The position numbers and the translations under genes were made by a program. DNA of 64,000 nt from Candidatus Bathyarchaeota archaeon (GTDB lineage: Archaea; Thermoproteota; Bathyarchaeia; Bathyarchaeales; Bathycorpusculaceae), in assembly GCA_963780185.1 (NCBI GenBank), contig CAWABA010000006.1, positions 384,001 to 448,000 of the forward strand, in the 5' to 3' direction. The notes under the pieces are model-generated. The model saw only the letters and a list, made by a program, of their open reading frames with translations, did no database searches and was not told the DNA's origin. Positions 41,167 through 50,115 of the stretch are shown here, piece after piece. Every line of letters begins with the position of its first letter. Within the stretch, counting starts at the first letter, position 1.

Positions 41167-42048
41167 TCAAGTGAGGTTGCCTTCTGCGACCAAGATGACT
41201 TTGCCGCCGACCTCCACTTGGATGAAATCATCGGATTTGTGGGCTTTAAGCAGAAGCAGCGAGGGACGACACATTTCGATACCCTGCTCAACCGTAACGT
41301 CAACCTCGTCGCTGCCGAAGTACTGATAGTGTGACAGGTAACCTGCAAGGCAGCCGTTTCCCGAACCCGTTGCTGGATCCTCAGGGATGCCAAACAAATC
41401 TACGAACACTCGCACATGCAGATCGTTGTCTCCGTGGATTGTTTTAGGGCAGAAAATCAATATGCCGCCGCGGACTTGGCTTGCCACCTCGCGGAGATGA
41501 GCCAGGTTTACGGTTGCGCGTTTGACTGCATCTAAGGTTTTTAAGGGTACAATTATGAATGGCATGCCCGTGGAGACTTCCTGCACTGGGAACCGATGGT
41601 CAAAATCTTCTTCTTTAAGCTGCAGAACTTTAGCCAGCTGCGAAGCCGCGAATGTTTCGCCGAAAACGGGGGGCACCTGCTTCATCCACAGCGTTTCTTG
41701 ATCGCCGTCTTTTTCGAAGCTGACAGGTATCTGAGCAACCTTGAGGTTAAGCACAACCTTGCCCTCTTTGTCGCCCTCTATGAAGTGTTTGATTACGTAG
41801 GCTGTTCCCAAAGTGGGGTGCCCCGCGAAAGGAATCTCCGCGTTGGGTGTGAAGATGCGTACATCGTACCCGCCCATATACTTGTCGCTTGTGAGTATGA
41901 ATGTTGTTTCGGAGAAATGCATCTCGTTGGCTATCTTCTGCATCTGCGCCGTCGACAAGCCGCCTGCGTTTATGAAGACTGCAAGCTGGTTGCCCGCGTA
42001 TTTTTCTTGACCGAACACATCAACCAAATAAAACTTTAAACCGCTCAT
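41167..42048 (-). CDS. PhzF family isomerase
   Basis: VDVF...GNQLAV, MQKIANEMHFSETTF, EIPFAGHPTLG, EDPATGSGNG. Confidence 0.93.
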   Translation of the reverse strand: MSGLKFYLVDVFGQEKYAGNQLAVFINAGGLSTAQMQKIANEMHFSETTFILTSDKYMGGYDVRIFTPNAEIPFAGHPTLGTAYVIKHFIEGDKEGKVVLNLKVAQIPVSFEKDGDQETLWMKQVPPVFGETFAASQLAKVLQLKEEDFDHRFPVQEVSTGMPFIIVPLKTLDAVKRATVNLAHLREVASQVRGGILIFCPKTIHGDNDLHVRVFVDLFGIPEDPATGSGNGCLAGYLSHYQYFGSDEVDVTVEQGIEMCRPSLLLLKAHKSDDFIQVEVGGKVILVAEGNLT

Positions 42049-42131
42049 CAAAACCGCCTTTTCTGTTTGCATCCAATCAAGCGGTTATCGGAGCGGAACG
42101 GATAAAACTTTCCTCCAACAAATCATCACCT

Positions 42132-42718
42132 ATGAACAAAAGAGTCATACTCATCACGGGCACGCCGTGCACGGGCAAAACAACCACCGCCAAAGCCTTA
42201 GCCGCCAAACTCAACGCAGCCTACATTAACCTCACTGACTACGCCAAAGCCAACAACCTCATCTGGAGGAGGACAAAGAACGAAACACCCTCATAATCAA
42301 CGAGGAAGGCATGCAGGAAAAACTCGCCCAAACCATCGACGCAAACCGACAACGCCAACGTCATCGTCGACGGGCACTACGCCAGCGCCGTAACGCCGAC
42401 CCAGCATGCGGCTCAGGTTTTTGTTTTGCGCAGAAACCCCAAGGAGCTTAAGCGTCTTCATGGAGAAATGCGGTTACACGGGGAGCAAGATGTGGGAGAA
42501 TTTGCAGGCGGAAATTATCGATGTGTGTTTTGGGTGAGGCGGTTGAGGTGCATGCGGGCAGGGTTTGCGAGTTGGATGTGACGGGCAAATCGGTTGAGGA
42601 AGTGGTTGGCGAGATTTTGGATGTTTTGGAGAAACGCAAAACCTGCTTTGTAGGCGTCGTGGATTGGCTGGGCATGCTGGAGCGGGAAGGATTAACCGAC
42701 CAGTACCTCAAAGTCTGA
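42132..42718 (+). CDS. Adenylate kinase AK6/Fap7-like NMP kinase (several indels)
   Basis: ILITGTPCTGKTT, IVDGHY, VLRRNP, EN..AEIID.C, VVDWL. Confidence 0.8.
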
Positions 42719-42731
42719 AGAAATCGTCAAT

Positions 42732-43007
42732 TTATTTTGTATATGCTTTTTTTCTTGCTTTTATATCTGTAACGTAGATTGTGGCGTCAGTTTTATCCAC
42801 AAAAAATATAATTCGGTAGCCGCCGATTCTTAACCTAAACGTGTTCTTGACGCCTCGGATTACCTCAGTATTCATCTCTCTGAGGCTTAAAGGGTAATTT
42901 TCCAACTTTGCGATGTGGTCTTTAAACGATTTCTTAAGTGTTAAGTCCGTTATTTCGTTTAAAAACTTGTAAACCCTTCTGTGAGCTACTATTTTGTATT
43001 TAGGCAC
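42732..43007 (-). CDS. RelE/ParE family type II toxin
   Basis: YKIVAHRRVYKFL...FRLRIGGYRIIF.VD...IYVTDIKARKKAY. Confidence 0.88.
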   Translation of the reverse strand: MPKYKIVAHRRVYKFLNEITDLTLKKSFKDHIAKLENYPLSLREMNTEVIRGVKNTFRLRIGGYRIIFFVDKTDATIYVTDIKARKKAYTK

Positions 43008-43212
43008 TATTGAGTTCCTCAAGCGTTACGCAATTGCCTTTTTTCATTTCTTCAATCGAACGTTTTATTTCTTCTTTTTCCTCTTCGCTTACTGTTACCC
43101 TCGGAAGCCCCTTAACAATAACTTCCTCGATTGCATTTTCAATGAGGCTTAGCCTCTTATTCACTCGTTTGACTTCGTCATAAATCATTTCAAGCGTAAC
43201 TTGGGTTCCCAC
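43000..43212 (-). CDS. Cognate antitoxin (archaeal RelB-like)
   Basis: Acidic 70 aa ending SEEEKEEIKRSIEEMKKGNCVTLEEL; overlaps the toxin start. Confidence 0.75.
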   Translation of the reverse strand: MGTQVTLEMIYDEVKRVNKRLSLIENAIEEVIVKGLPRVTVSEEEKEEIKRSIEEMKKGNCVTLEELNSA

Positions 43213-43675
43213 TTACGTCGCCTTGAGTAATGACTGGTCCGAAGCAACTTATATTTTTTTCATATAGAGGTGGCAAGAAGCCTTCACTTGATTGCTTACT
43301 AAAAAACGTCGATGACATCAAACTGCCGATGACAAAAGGCGTAGTTGACACTAAAGCCAACCTGCTCACGGTATCACCAAGAGTTAGGTGGCGGCTCGCA
43401 GGTAAAAGCGTTCTCGTCAAGGAATGTTGACGGCGACCAGTCAAGTTTTCTGGACTAAGCCAGATTTGCGCCCTAAATCAAGAAACCAACCCAAAACAAG
43501 CCCCAGCAGAAACAGCCTACCGAGGGAGGGGGTCTACTATTTGTGACAAAAAACCACCACAAAAAGCGGGTTCTAGCCAGCCTTGACCAAGGAAGGGTAC
43601 CCCCATTTTTACATCAAAAAACCAAGGTAAAAATGGATTCCAAAATCAATCCACGAAAAATCTGCCGTCCCGCGT

Positions 43676-44038
43676 CTACATGAAGCTGCCCATTTTCTGC
43701 TTGGTAAGCAGCGTGATTTTTCGGCGGTTGCTGTAGCTTTTGGCGTGGTCGCTGAATTTGTCAGCTATCATGATGGGGCTGCCTAAGCCGACGTCTTCGG
43801 AAGCCGTGTCTAAACCGATGATGAGGTTGACGCCGACGGTTCGGTTCCAATCCCTAACCCAGACACCCTGCTCCTGCCGACCTTTCTGCACGATTAAATC
43901 AAAATGCCGGGTTGCCCCGCTGAACCCATCCAAAGCAGCGTTTTCCTTGTTAACTTTGTAGCCTTCCTTCTTGAAGTATTTAACCGCCAACTCCATGAGG
44001 TGGACCCTAGACTTCACCAGTTCCTTATCTTCACTCAT
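43676..44038 (-). CDS. Restriction-endonuclease-fold (Mrr-like) small protein with degenerate catalytic motif
   Basis: YFKKEGYKV...GFSGATRHFDLIV...GVWVRDW..VGV. Confidence 0.65.
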   Translation of the reverse strand: MSEDKELVKSRVHLMELAVKYFKKEGYKVNKENAALDGFSGATRHFDLIVQKGRQEQGVWVRDWNRTVGVNLIIGLDTASEDVGLGSPIMIADKFSDHAKSYSNRRKITLLTKQKMGSFM

Positions 44039-44109
44039 CGCTCACGCGCCCTTTTCCCTGCATATCCTTATCAACCTGTACGTGGAAAAGGCTTTCGGAA
44101 GCAAGCCAC

Positions 44110-44310
44110 ATGCAGCCGACTCAAATCGTAAAATGCACACAGTGCCAAGGCTTAATGTTGACCACGACAAGGCAGAAAACCAAAATCTGCCCGTACTGCG
44201 GCGCAAACGTGGACCTTTCAAAGGCGCAGAAGGTGGCTTCGGCAAAGAACCCCTTCGAAGCTTCGACGCTACTTCGAAAACTGAAAAGTGAAAAAGGATT
44301 CAGCCAGTAA
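44110..44310 (+). CDS. DUF1922-like zinc-ribbon protein
   Basis: IVKCTQC...QKTKICPYCG...A..EAS.LLRKLK. Confidence 0.7.
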   Translation: MQPTQIVKCTQCQGLMLTTTRQKTKICPYCGANVDLSKAQKVASAKNPFEASTLLRKLKSEKGFSQ

Positions 44311-44314
44311 CAAC

Positions 44315-45252
44315 CTAACCGATCTGCCGCAGCATCCCGCATGCCATGCACAAATCCGACGCCGACGGCTCACCACATTCAACACAGGTTTTGAACTCTT
44401 CATGAGACGCAGTTGCTTCCAGCGCGGGTCTTAGCCGATCCATGGCTCTGAGCACCGTGAATTTGGTTCCAGCATGCTTCGACTCCATAGGTTAAGCATG
44501 TAGCGCATGTCGTTGCGCAGCGCCTCCGAAGCGTAGGGGCACGGTGTGTCTTGGAAAATGATTTTTTTCACGTAAGCGTACAGGGCGCTTTCGTTCTCTG
44601 GGATTTCGCAGAAAGGCTTGATTTTCTGCACCAACAGTGGATGCACTTCGGTTGTGACGGGTTTCTCTTTGGCGAGGCGCGCTATGTCGCCGCGGAAAAT
44701 GTTCATCAGCACGGTTTGCGCTTCGTCGTCAAGGGTGTGGGCTGTTGCAACCTTGTTGGCGTGGACTTGTCTTGCGCCGATGTTGATGGCTTTGCGTCGA
44801 AGAACCCCGCAGTAAGCGCACGCGGTCAACTCGACGTTGCCTTTGGCGCGGGTTTTCTCCACGATTTCGTCAAGCGTAAACCCGAAGAGCTCCTTGAAAG
44901 AAACGATGTGATGCGGGATTTCAAGTTGCAGACAGTTTTCTGCGGCAATCGCCAAGGCTTCGTTTCGGTAGCCAGCGATGCCTTCGTCAACTGTCACGGC
45001 GGTAAGCATGGTTTTGGGACGGTGCTGCTTCATCTTCGCCAAAATATGCAGCAGGCTTAAACTGTCTTTGCCGCCTGAAACCGCGACGGCTAAGTGGTCG
45101 TTGAAGCTAAGCATATGGTAGCGTGAGATGGTGGCGCGAACTTTGTCTTCGATGGACTGCGCAAAGCATTTCTTGCACAGCGATTCCCCTGAGTACTGCC
45201 TGTGAAAAAAGGCTTCACGGATTTTGCAGACACTACAGACAGATGTAGCCAT
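44315..45252 (-). CDS. tRNA 2-thiolation protein, NcsA/TtuA (TIGR00269-like); indel near 44480
   Basis: CSVC..CKKCF, AVSGGKDS PP-loop, ACAYCGVLRR, ATAHTLDDE, CPYA, C-terminal CVECG..CMAC. Confidence 0.88.
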
Positions 45253-45414
45253 CGTTTTTTCAACTATGTTGACAAATTTGATTGTTGTTAAGGTAAATAC
45301 AAAAATAGGAGTTTTCTTCCGCATAAATCTTCCCGCTTCTTGCTTTAGTTTAAATGTTGTAGATGCCAAAAGTCGACGCCAAAATCGGAAAGCCCTGAGA
45401 CTCATAGTGCGGCC

Positions 45415-46941
45415 TTAGTGGAGGTAGAAAAGGGTCATATTGTATCCGCCACATGGCAGAATTTCATATCGATAATTCTGCATTAAATATGCAAGTTCGG
45501 CAGGGGTGAAGCTGCTAAGTTCAGGATACTGAAAGTACAGCAATATGTTGCAGTTTTTCTCTGCAAGTTCCTTCGCAACCATCGTGACATTGTGTTCTGG
45601 CAACAAAATGCAATCGATATTAGCAACCCTATAAAAAGACCGCATAGGCCTAGAACCATTATTGGAAGCCGCAAGGAAATACATTGTGGCTTGAAAACTG
45701 TTTGAAATAATGCTTTTGTTCGAGAATTCGCCGCTGTTGACGAGTTGTTGTATTTGGTTTTGTGGATTCCAACTTGAGTATGGAAATTGACTGGAGAAAA
45801 CAGAATTTGGAATGATTTGACCTTGCGGATTCCAGCTTGGATAGGGAAATTGAGTCTGTAATACAACATTTGGAATGAGCATAATGGATAGCATGATAGC
45901 TAGAATTGGAACTCGTTTCGCAATGGATATTCTCTTTTTAAGAAAGGCAGCCAAGAAGATGCTTGAGAGCAAAGCGGCTAGGGCAAAGTAGTTGACCAGA
46001 TAAACTCTTGGATCCGTTTTTGGAGCGAAAAAAAAGGAAACTGTAAGAAAGAGGAACATAGCGGTAATTAGAAGATTCTTTGCGTCTCTTTTGCTAAAAA
46101 CAAAGTATAACGAGAGAAACGATAGAAGAAAGAGAATAGGTTCACCGGTAAAAGCGAATGGCAGATAATAATAGAAGCTTGCATTAGTAATATGCGAAAC
46201 TGACCATTGATTTGTAAAGAAGTTGCTGTAAACAAAATTCCAGGGCAGATATTCTAATCGGCCAACATAAATGTACGATGAAAGGAGCTCCAAAATGACG
46301 CCGATGAAGAGAAATGGGCCGAGATAAGCAACGAAATTTCTTCTGTCTTTTATTAGTAGCAAGACAAAGATGGGTAAAATCATGATCGCCATATCAAATC
46401 GAACGATGAAACTAAAACCCATTAATGCGGATGAGATCAGATAGTCTCTGGTACGTGTTCTGTCGTCATCAAAGCCGCGGATAAAAAAGTACAGTCCCGC
46501 CAAGAACAATGTAATAGCGGGAAGGTCACTCATCACTTTTCTCGTGAAGTCCAGTAGATATGGAATTGTGCCAAACGAAACTGAAGCAATGAACGCTACA
46601 TCAACTCTTTTGGTCAATTGACGCGCGAGAAAATAAACAAAACCCGTAGAGATTAGGAGGTATGCGATCATGGCTATCCTCGCAATATTCAGTTGGGGCG
46701 GGATGAAGAGAATCAGAAGAGGCGAGCGGAGAGGGTCAACCCAATACCTTAATCCACCAGACACCGCGTTCCAGACACTTCCAACTGTATTGAGATAGCT
46801 AAATCCATCAATATCCACAAAGATGTTAAATGAGTATTGCGCATAGGTATAACCTGAAAAGCAGCCGACAATCGCTAAGGATAAAATGAGAGAAAGAAGA
46901 GGCGCATTTTTTGAGAAAAATGTGTGGAAATTCCGATTCAT
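45415..46941 (-). CDS. GT-C (PMT/ArnT-like) integral membrane glycosyltransferase
   Basis: DIDGFSYL, RSPLL, KVMSDLPA, IVRFD, KTDPRVYL, many TM helices. Confidence 0.8.
   Translation of the reverse strand: MNRNFHTFFSKNAPLLSLILSLAIVGCFSGYTYAQYSFNIFVDIDGFSYLNTVGSVWNAVSGGLRYWVDPLRSPLLILFIPPQLNIARIAMIAYLLISTGFVYFLARQLTKRVDVAFIASVSFGTIPYLLDFTRKVMSDLPAITLFLAGLYFFIRGFDDDRTRTRDYLISSALMGFSFIVRFDMAIMILPIFVLLLIKDRRNFVAYLGPFLFIGVILELLSSYIYVGRLEYLPWNFVYSNFFTNQWSVSHITNASFYYYLPFAFTGEPILFLLSFLSLYFVFSKRDAKNLLITAMFLFLTVSFFFAPKTDPRVYLVNYFALAALLSSIFLAAFLKKRISIAKRVPILAIMLSIMLIPNVVLQTQFPYPSWNPQGQIIPNSVFSSQFPYSSWNPQNQIQQLVNSGEFSNKSIISNSFQATMYFLAASNNGSRPMRSFYRVANIDCILLPEHNVTMVAKELAEKNCNILLYFQYPELSSFTPAELAYLMQNYRYEILPCGGYNMTLFYLH
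45764..45853 (-). repeat. Intragenic 63-bp-period duplication (QFPYxSWNPQxQI twice)
   Basis: QFPYPSWNPQGQI...QFPYSSWNPQNQI. Confidence 0.75.
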
Positions 46942-47213
46942 GCCTTCACTTGCCGCGCTACTAATTTCCACCTGAATTTGGGCTTGTTACAAGAAAGGAT
47001 GACCGTAATCTGGTGAAAAACTTTTTGACCGAGAACTTTTGATTTTGCCCATCAATAGTCTGCCGCAGCATATGTTATCCATTGCTATTCGCCCCATCTG
47101 AATTTAAGGTTTTCAGCAAAAAGCCACATTGAATTTCACAAGAAGAGGGCGCCAATTACCGGTTAAACTAAATAAACAATGCAGTCTTAGAGGACTAGCA
47201 AGGCACGAGAAAC

Positions 47214-47918
47214 ATGGCTGTTAAGCCGACTAAACCCGCGGACTACAGGGAAGTAACGTACACGGCGACGCGTTGGGCGCTGCTGCATGAGCTTCGAAGC
47301 GAAGCGGTCAAGGTTATGGCTGCGTTGGAAACGTTTCATTTGCCGTCGATTACGCACGGTAGCTTAGCCCGAGGCGACGTTAAGAAAGGAAGCGACGTAG
47401 ACATCTTCATCGGCGAAATTCAGAACAGCTTTCTCGTGGAAACCGCGTTGGAAAAAGCAGGGATACATGTCAACTGCCGATTAATCGTTCAAGCCACCCC
47501 CACATACGCCATGAAGGCTCACATTGAAGTTAGCGAAAGAATCACAGTTACTTTCCCCCTGATGCAGATGCGCAGGGTTGAGCGGGAGTTTTACCGTTTC
47601 GGCGGCGAAGTAAACCTCAAACAGCTCAAAGAGGATGTTCGGGTGGCAGGGGTAGACAAACGGCTTATGCTTATTGAACCGACGGCGACGGGGCATGAGG
47701 AGAGTAGCGTTATCGGCAGGGAACAGTTTGCTGCTAAAGTGTTGGGTGTTTCCGCTGAGACCGTGCGGGATAGGGTTCACACTCTTATGAAAAGGGACAT
47801 TGCAGGCAGAACAGGAGTCTTCGTTAAAAAGGAACTTAGGCCTGATGAGACCTTCGAATTAGCTTTGAAGAAACTGGCGGATTTGAATCCTGCTGTTCGG
47901 CGTCGAATAAAAAAATAG
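47214..47918 (+). CDS. Archaeal nucleotidyltransferase-domain protein (COG2413-like)
   Basis: HGSLARGDVKKGSDVDIFI, EREFYRFGG, RVAGVDKRL, GRTGVF. Confidence 0.85.
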   Translation: MAVKPTKPADYREVTYTATRWALLHELRSEAVKVMAALETFHLPSITHGSLARGDVKKGSDVDIFIGEIQNSFLVETALEKAGIHVNCRLIVQATPTYAMKAHIEVSERITVTFPLMQMRRVEREFYRFGGEVNLKQLKEDVRVAGVDKRLMLIEPTATGHEESSVIGREQFAAKVLGVSAETVRDRVHTLMKRDIAGRTGVFVKKELRPDETFELALKKLADLNPAVRRRIKK

Positions 47919-47920
47919 GT

Positions 47921-48487
47921 TTAAGTGGTGGGGTAGTAGATGAGTTCTTTTTCTTCAAGTAACGCTTGGATTTTGTCGACTGCTTCGTAAACCTGCTCTT
48001 CTTTCTTTGCGCCTACGCATACAAGTTTGCCTGCGCTGAATATGAGGAAGACGACTTTGGGTTCCGCCATGCGGAAAACTGCGCCTGGAAACTGCTCGGG
48101 CTCGTACATTACCCGTTCAAGTTTGTATACCAAGCTTTCTAAGTCGATTTCGCCGCCGAGTTCTGCGGATGCAACGATGTTTTGAATGTTGACGACGGGT
48201 TTTTCCGTTATTTGGATGCCTTCGCCGCGAAGTTCCTTCACGACTTTTTCGACGGCGCTACGGGATTCTTTCTCGGATTTTGCGCCTGTGCAAACCATTT
48301 TGCCGGTGCCGAAAATCAGCGTGGCGGTTTTAGGTTTTTTGAGTCTGAAAACTAATCCTGGGAAGACGCTTGGGTTGTACTCGGTTTGTGGGAACTTTTC
48401 CACGATTTTTTGCAGGTCGATTTTTTGGTTAAGTGATACAGAAGCAACGATGTTTTGTATGTTTATGATTGGTTTTCTTTTGCTCAT
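47921..48487 (-). CDS. tbp: TATA-box binding protein
   Basis: Two repeats: IQNIVAS..EYNPSVFPGLVFR..GKMVCTGAK and IQNIVAS..YEPEQFPGAVFR..GKLVCVGAK. Confidence 0.97.
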   Translation of the reverse strand: MSKRKPIINIQNIVASVSLNQKIDLQKIVEKFPQTEYNPSVFPGLVFRLKKPKTATLIFGTGKMVCTGAKSEKESRSAVEKVVKELRGEGIQITEKPVVNIQNIVASAELGGEIDLESLVYKLERVMYEPEQFPGAVFRMAEPKVVFLIFSAGKLVCVGAKKEEQVYEAVDKIQALLEEKELIYYPTT

Positions 48488-48522
48488 GAATTTTCACGCG
48501 CTTAAGTATTTAAGTGACACAG

Positions 48523-48546
48523 GGGGTATATAAAGGGGTATATAAA
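48523..48546 (-). promoter_or_regulatory. Tandemly duplicated TATA box (TTTATATACCCC x2) upstream of tbp
   Basis: ggggtatataaa at 48523-48534 and 48535-48546. Confidence 0.7.
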
Positions 48547-48591
48547 GAATCTACTTTAAGATAAACAGACAACCGCTAACTAACCTGAAAA

Positions 48592-49677
48592 TTAACTGTC
48601 ATCGCTATAAAGCGGGAACCGCAGCAACGCCGCGATTCCGCCCAAGGATAGGAGTTTTGCGCCTGCCTCATGCTCCGTGCTGATTACGGTTACAGTTGCT
48701 CGGCGTCTCTCCGCTTCCCGCATAAGTTCCTCCAGCTTGAGCCGCTGCCCTTCTTCAGCGTCGCGAATAGCTGTGTCTGCAATCACAAGTTTCTCAACCG
48801 CACCCAGCTTAACAGCGTTCTCAACCGAATCTTGCCCGTAGGTTACGTTGCCTTCGCCTTTCCCCAGCCGCTTCATAACCGCCTCTATTGTTTCCATCTC
48901 ATCCACAAACCGAAGCTGATGCGCTGCCTTAAGCAATACGCCGCTACGCAACGCCTCGTCGATGCCTGCGGTGCCGCCGTTGTTTACGCTTTTGATGTCG
49001 GCGACAGATTTTGCGATTTCTGAGGCTTCCTCGTTTAGGTACCGTACGAAGTCGGTTTTTACGTATCCTGCGCCGATGATGACGATGGGGTTGTGGTTTT
49101 GGCTCCAAAGCTTTTCGAGGCTATTCACAGCTAGGCGGAAGTAGGCTTTTGTTGCTTCAACCCGTTTGTCAGCCTCCTGTTTGCCCGGAAGCCTCAGGCG
49201 TTGTTCAACTCGAGTTTCGTACCCGTACTGTTTGGTTTCCGCGATTGCGAAGCCTTCATCGTCGATGGAAAGAATCAGCATAGGCTTCTCGGTTTGGCTT
49301 GCCTTCTCAAGCCTGTCAATCAGGTGACTTGGCCATTCTTTTTTGACGATAGTTACGGGCTTGTCCAGTGAAATGCTCAGGGTATGGTGGGCGCCAGTGG
49401 GGATGATGTCGGGCGCATGGCAGATTAAGCCGTGGACCCGTAGTCTGCCGAGGAATTTGTCCCAGCTGACGGATTCCACTTTTACGCCCATGAAGGCGGA
49501 GACGCGTTCAGCACTTTTTGGGCGGCTGGTTTCGGTGTCGCTTTTTATGGCTCGGCTGCTGTAAGCGTAGACTTCGTCACCTTTGTAGATAACATTGTAG
49601 AGATGCCACAGGTCATCTGGCGTGTCAGGTACGACTTTGACGAAGCCTTGATGCAGGTCCTTCTGGATGATTTTCAC
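48592..49677 (-). CDS. pelA: mRNA surveillance protein pelota
   Basis: PDDLWHLYNVIYKGD, RLRVHGLI, GAHHTL, LPGK, STEHEAGAKLLSLGGIAALLRF. Confidence 0.95.
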   Translation of the reverse strand: MKIIQKDLHQGFVKVVPDTPDDLWHLYNVIYKGDEVYAYSSRAIKSDTETSRPKSAERVSAFMGVKVESVSWDKFLGRLRVHGLICHAPDIIPTGAHHTLSISLDKPVTIVKKEWPSHLIDRLEKASQTEKPMLILSIDDEGFAIAETKQYGYETRVEQRLRLPGKQEADKRVEATKAYFRLAVNSLEKLWSQNHNPIVIIGAGYVKTDFVRYLNEEASEIAKSVADIKSVNNGGTAGIDEALRSGVLLKAAHQLRFVDEMETIEAVMKRLGKGEGNVTYGQDSVENAVKLGAVEKLVIADTAIRDAEEGQRLKLEELMREAERRRATVTVISTEHEAGAKLLSLGGIAALLRFPLYSDDS

Positions 49678-49781
49678 GCGGGGTTACACACTTCTGTTTA
49701 GGCTAATCGTGCACCAAGAAATAAAAGCATGCCATCTCCGGTGTTTGTATGCTCGCAGGAGCCCCCAGGTAGGAGGGTGAA

Positions 49782-49815
49782 GCATCTACGGAAAGCATCT
49801 ACACTTTGCATCTAC
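49782..49815 (+). repeat. Three GCATCTAC direct repeats with a 13-bp period
   Basis: Copies at 49782, 49795 and 49808. Confidence 0.7.
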
Positions 49816-50115
49816 AAACCAAAACCCGTTCCCGACTGCAAACGAGACCCCAGCTTTTTGATATTAGGCCCCAATACGTTTCTGATATTCAAGTACTAAT
49901 AACAAAAGAGATGTCTGAAGTAGAAATTGAATGTTTTCAGGAAAAAATCAGTGCCTTCTACCAGAACAACCCACTGAGCGAGATACACAATTTTTGCCAG
50001 GCGCTAGACGAGAGAAGATTTGGATAAAGTTAAAGAAATCTGCCAAGGAACAGCATTGAAATCCCATGTCGCTTGATAGGTGAGTCTCCTTTCAGAGGTC
50101 ATTTCATCAGCAAAA

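Noticed and set aside
48122-48131. Partial match (GGTATACAAA, minus strand) to the 19-bp motif
   Set aside because: Only 10 bp and inside the tbp coding sequence; consistent with chance
49911-50027. Short ORF (FQEKISAFYQNN) faintly like a MutY N-terminus
   Set aside because: Too short with no continuation; similarity cannot be supported
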